A stretch of DNA of 27,281 bases from a virus (Duplodnaviria; Caudoviricetes), in the IMG/VR virus record IMGVR_UViG_3300037243_000006, positions 1 to 27,281 of that record, one strand, 5' to 3'. Shown here piece by piece: positions 24,805 through 27,281 of the stretch (position 1 is its first letter; every line of letters begins with the position of its first letter). The translations under genes and the position numbers were made by a program. The notes under the pieces are model-generated. The model did no database searches. It was not told the DNA's origin and worked only from the letters and a program-made list of their open reading frames with translations.

Positions 24805-26840
24805 GACATCACTCCTTCCAACCTGAGAAGTTCGTCCGGGATGTTCATCGGCCCCTTGCGGCCCACTGCCTCTTCCATCGCACCAATGAACGCGTCCACA
24901 TCATCATCGTGCGCGATGTTCGGGAATGCCGAGCACATTTGTACGAAGTCTGCGGTCCATGACTCGCCTTCAAAGAGGTAGCAGAAGCCCGACTCCTGTT
25001 GTGGAGAGATGGCGTTGGCGCGGAGCACCTTGTCAATGGCCGTGACCGTTTCGTAAATTGGAACGCGCGCGTCCCTCCTCATGGCCTGGACGGTGGCCTT
25101 CCCGGAAGCACTCCCACCACCCTCGATGTAGACCTTGGCCGGGAGCCATTTGTCGTAAAGAAGCTGGACTTGGCGCTTCACTTCTGGAAACTCGATCTGC
25201 TTTTTCCAGACATCGAGAATGTAGAACCGCGATGGCGCTATGCCTAGCGTCACGCACGCGGAGAAGTCGGCCTGCTTCTTTGCGCCGAGCGCGGTATCCC
25301 AGCGCTGAATGACGCGCGTGATGCCAAGCTCGCGGAGATAGTGCCGACGTTCCTTGAAGCCCATTTGCGACGGTGGCACGGTGGGCGACGGGATGTACTT
25401 CCAGTTCTGCTCCTTGAAGATGTTCCCTTCGACCAACGACGGACGCTGCTGGTAAAGGCTCGCCCACACCTGTGAGCCTACACCGGCCTTTGCGCCCTTG
25501 GCGTCAGAAGTGCCCTTGCGGATTGAGTTGAGCATTTCCAGCGAGTAGCGCTCGGCGTGAAGTGGCTCGCCCTTGCGCCGGTACGTCTCGTTCGTCTCAG
25601 CGATGGCCGGGAAACGCAGAACCTTCCACTGCTCCCCACCGCGCTCCATCTGTGCTAAGAGACGCCCCGCAAGGTCATCCGAGTGCCAGCGCGTATTGTG
25701 GCTCACCAAGCCGTTGGCGATGAAGTTCTCTGTGCGGTCTACCTGGATGTCGAAAACGTCCTCGTAGCCAGCCTCAGCGATTTCAACAATTTCGTCTAGA
25801 TTGATCTCGAACGTACTTAGCGGCTGCGAGTAGAACTCTTTCTGTCTTACCGCAGCCAACGGCGAGGTTGCAATCGTTGCACAAGAGCCCGCATTGATTG
25901 CGGCCCGAACCAGTTTGTCGCCCACTTGCAGATTTCGCAGCCTTACCCATTCCAATTCTCCGTTCCTGCAAACGAGGAAAGGATGCCGCTCGTTCGCTTT
26001 CACGATTGCACCAGAGATCGTCTTAATGCCATAGGTAAGATCACAACCTTGATTTTTCCAGCGCCGCACCGTGGACGTTGTAAGCGCCCCATTTTCATAA
26101 GTTGCGATTGAATCCCCTGCACGAACGTCGCGCAACGGCATTTCGGTGCCGTCGGCCATGAGCACCGGAGTATCCCCGGTCATGCACATGATGACCAGTA
26201 TGCCCGCCCCTGGCATGCAGCGCGTGAAGAACGTCGATAGATACCACGCCCACACGGAGTCGCGCACGGTTTGCGATCCGGCTTCCTGTGCATCCTTGAC
26301 CGGATCGTCGATGATGCCAATGTCGAAGCCGCGCCCTGAGATGCCGGTCTGCACACCCGCGCTCTTATACAGGCCGGTGTGATCGACGATCTCGAAGGTG
26401 TCGGAGTTCCGCATGAACGCGCCCGCTGCGGTGACGGTGCGCACGGAGGAGCGAGAGAGCGTGGTATCGGGGAAAAGCTGATGGTACTCCGGCGTGTCGA
26501 TCCTGCGCTGCACGTCGCGGTTCATGGACGAGGCGAGATCGTTGGAGTACGATGTGGCGATGATGGAGAGATCGGGATTCTTGCCGAACGCGAATGCTGG
26601 CATGGAGCGGCTCACAATCTCGCTCTTCCCATGACGGGGCGGAGCAAAGAGCATGAGCCGTGGCGAACGTTTGGCTAGGACGTCTTCGATGAATTGGTCG
26701 ATGGCCTCGCAAACGACGTGCTGGAACCAACCTGCCTTGTAGTCGGGCTTCGTCCACATGATAAACGGGAGTAGCTCGCGCTGGGCCTTGACCCTGATGG
26801 CCTCTGCCATCTGCGCTTTTTGCTCCCTGGTCATCATCAT
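24801..26840 (-). CDS. terL: Terminase large subunit, intein-containing
   Basis: Walker A PPRHGKS, Walker B GIIDDP, coupling motif IM|TRWH split by the intein, and nuclease motifs WDTA, DFSA and HDDDVDA. Confidence 0.96.
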   Translation of the reverse strand: MMMTREQKAQMAEAIRVKAQRELLPFIMWTKPDYKAGWFQHVVCEAIDQFIEDVLAKRSPRLMLFAPPRHGKSEIVSRSMPAFAFGKNPDLSIIATSYSNDLASSMNRDVQRRIDTPEYHQLFPDTTLSRSSVRTVTAAGAFMRNSDTFEIVDHTGLYKSAGVQTGISGRGFDIGIIDDPVKDAQEAGSQTVRDSVWAWYLSTFFTRCMPGAGILVIMCMTGDTPVLMADGTEMPLRDVRAGDSIATYENGALTTSTVRRWKNQGCDLTYGIKTISGAIVKANERHPFLVCRNGELEWVRLRNLQVGDKLVRAAINAGSCATIATSPLAAVRQKEFYSQPLSTFEINLDEIVEIAEAGYEDVFDIQVDRTENFIANGLVSHNTRWHSDDLAGRLLAQMERGGEQWKVLRFPAIAETNETYRRKGEPLHAERYSLEMLNSIRKGTSDAKGAKAGVGSQVWASLYQQRPSLVEGNIFKEQNWKYIPSPTVPPSQMGFKERRHYLRELGITRVIQRWDTALGAKKQADFSACVTLGIAPSRFYILDVWKKQIEFPEVKRQVQLLYDKWLPAKVYIEGGGSASGKATVQAMRRDARVPIYETVTAIDKVLRANAISPQQESGFCYLFEGESWTADFVQMCSAFPNIAHDDDVDAFIGAMEEAVGRKGPMNIPDELLRLEGVMS
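25695..26186 (-). mobile_element. Mini-intein (164 aa) in TerL
   Basis: Begins CMTGDTPVLMADG. Block B is ANERHPF, block F/G is VFDIQVDRTENFIANGLVSHN, and the +1 residue is Thr. Removing it restores GILVIM-TRWHSDDL. No in-frame endonuclease. Confidence 0.95.
25783..25890 (-). pseudogene. Endonuclease VII-like C-terminal remnant in an alternate frame inside the intein
   Basis: The alternate frame reads GLLCNDCNLAVGCGKTERVLLAAAKYVR, matching the recalled (R)GLLCxxCNxxxG...LxxAxxYL end of endonuclease VII domains. The upstream CxxC and DH(D/C)H motifs are missing. Confidence 0.8.
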
Positions 26841-26938
26841 GGTTTCGGCCCCGTGGCGCACATGTCCGCGCAAACCGTGACGGGGAGAGGCGCGGCGCAG
26901 AAGCGTTCGGCGAGCCTGTAGAGTTCTTGCTCAGTCAT
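26837..26938 (-). CDS. 33-aa ORF bridging terS and terL (possible remnant)
   Basis: Sequence MTEQELYRLAERFCAAPLPVTVCADMCATGPKP. Its start overlaps the end of terS and its stop overlaps the terL ATG. Confidence 0.45.
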   Translation of the reverse strand: MTEQELYRLAERFCAAPLPVTVCADMCATGPKP

Positions 26939-27281
26939 CATTGCCCACCTCGATGATTTCATCGCTCTTCTTCCCGCCCTTGAGCGCTGGGATGGGTGTC
27001 GGTTTTTGCAGCGCTTCGACGTTGCGCCGGAGGAACTCGTCCAAATCGGCGTCGCTCATTTTCTGGATGGTGCTGGGAGTTACCTTGAGATTGATGTTCT
27101 GCGCGATGATGCCGAGCAGATCGTCCTGCTTATTCATGAGTGCGAGAATCATCGCGCCTTCGCGAACGTTGCTCTTCTTCGGCCAGTAGTCAAGAATCAT
27201 GGCGTTGATGCGTTCGAGTTGGAGTTGCCGGTGCTCAAGCGCCTCCTCCTGGATGTCCGTATTCAGACGCTTCATCTCTTC
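26931..27281 (-). CDS. terS: Terminase small subunit, 5' truncated by the window edge
   Basis: The frame is open to the window end (GAA GAG ATG...). Pattern LQLERI..M....WPK...L.LM.....LLG, located directly upstream of terL. Confidence 0.7.
   Translation of the reverse strand, partial: EEMKRLNTDIQEEALEHRQLQLERINAMILDYWPKKSNVREGAMILALMNKQDDLLGIIAQNINLKVTPSTIQKMSDADLDEFLRRNVEALQKPTPIPALKGGKKSDEIIEVGNDD

Noticed and set aside
1-27281. Stop-codon reassignment, or a non-phage contractile injection system
   Set aside because: Genes are full length in the standard code and end in TAA, TAG and TGA. Terminase, portal and capsid genes show a DNA-packaging phage rather than a tailocin or eCIS.

Overview
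The whole window is one tightly packed, minus-strand virion morphogenesis operon of a contractile-tailed phage or prophage. Read from right to left it encodes TerS (cut by the window edge), TerL with a mini-intein, portal, a MuF-type head protein, a DUF2213-type protease, scaffold, cement protein, major capsid protein, neck proteins, sheath, tube, frameshifting tail chaperones, tape measure, baseplate genes and tail fibre. It ends with a membrane protein and a signal-peptide fibre-like protein that runs off the left edge. The layout matches the DUF1073/DUF2213/DUF2184/DUF4054/DUF3383/DUF2612 module of Bcep781-like myoviruses. All family names come from motif recall, not database searches. No integrase, tRNA, CRISPR or host genes are visible. 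Most interesting points: (1) several head proteins look like polyproteins whose extra domains are bounded by [A/G]-x-D motifs. These domains are an HExxH peptidase and a ParB-like domain inside MuF, a His/Ala helical domain on the portal, and small modules on the protease. Two of them begin with a shared F-x-G-N-x-x-x-G-G-I tag, which suggests protease-released capsid cargo. (2) The TerL mini-intein keeps an endonuclease VII fragment in an alternate reading frame. (3) One baseplate protein appears circularly permuted. (4) One beta-rich module is inserted five times across four structural genes.
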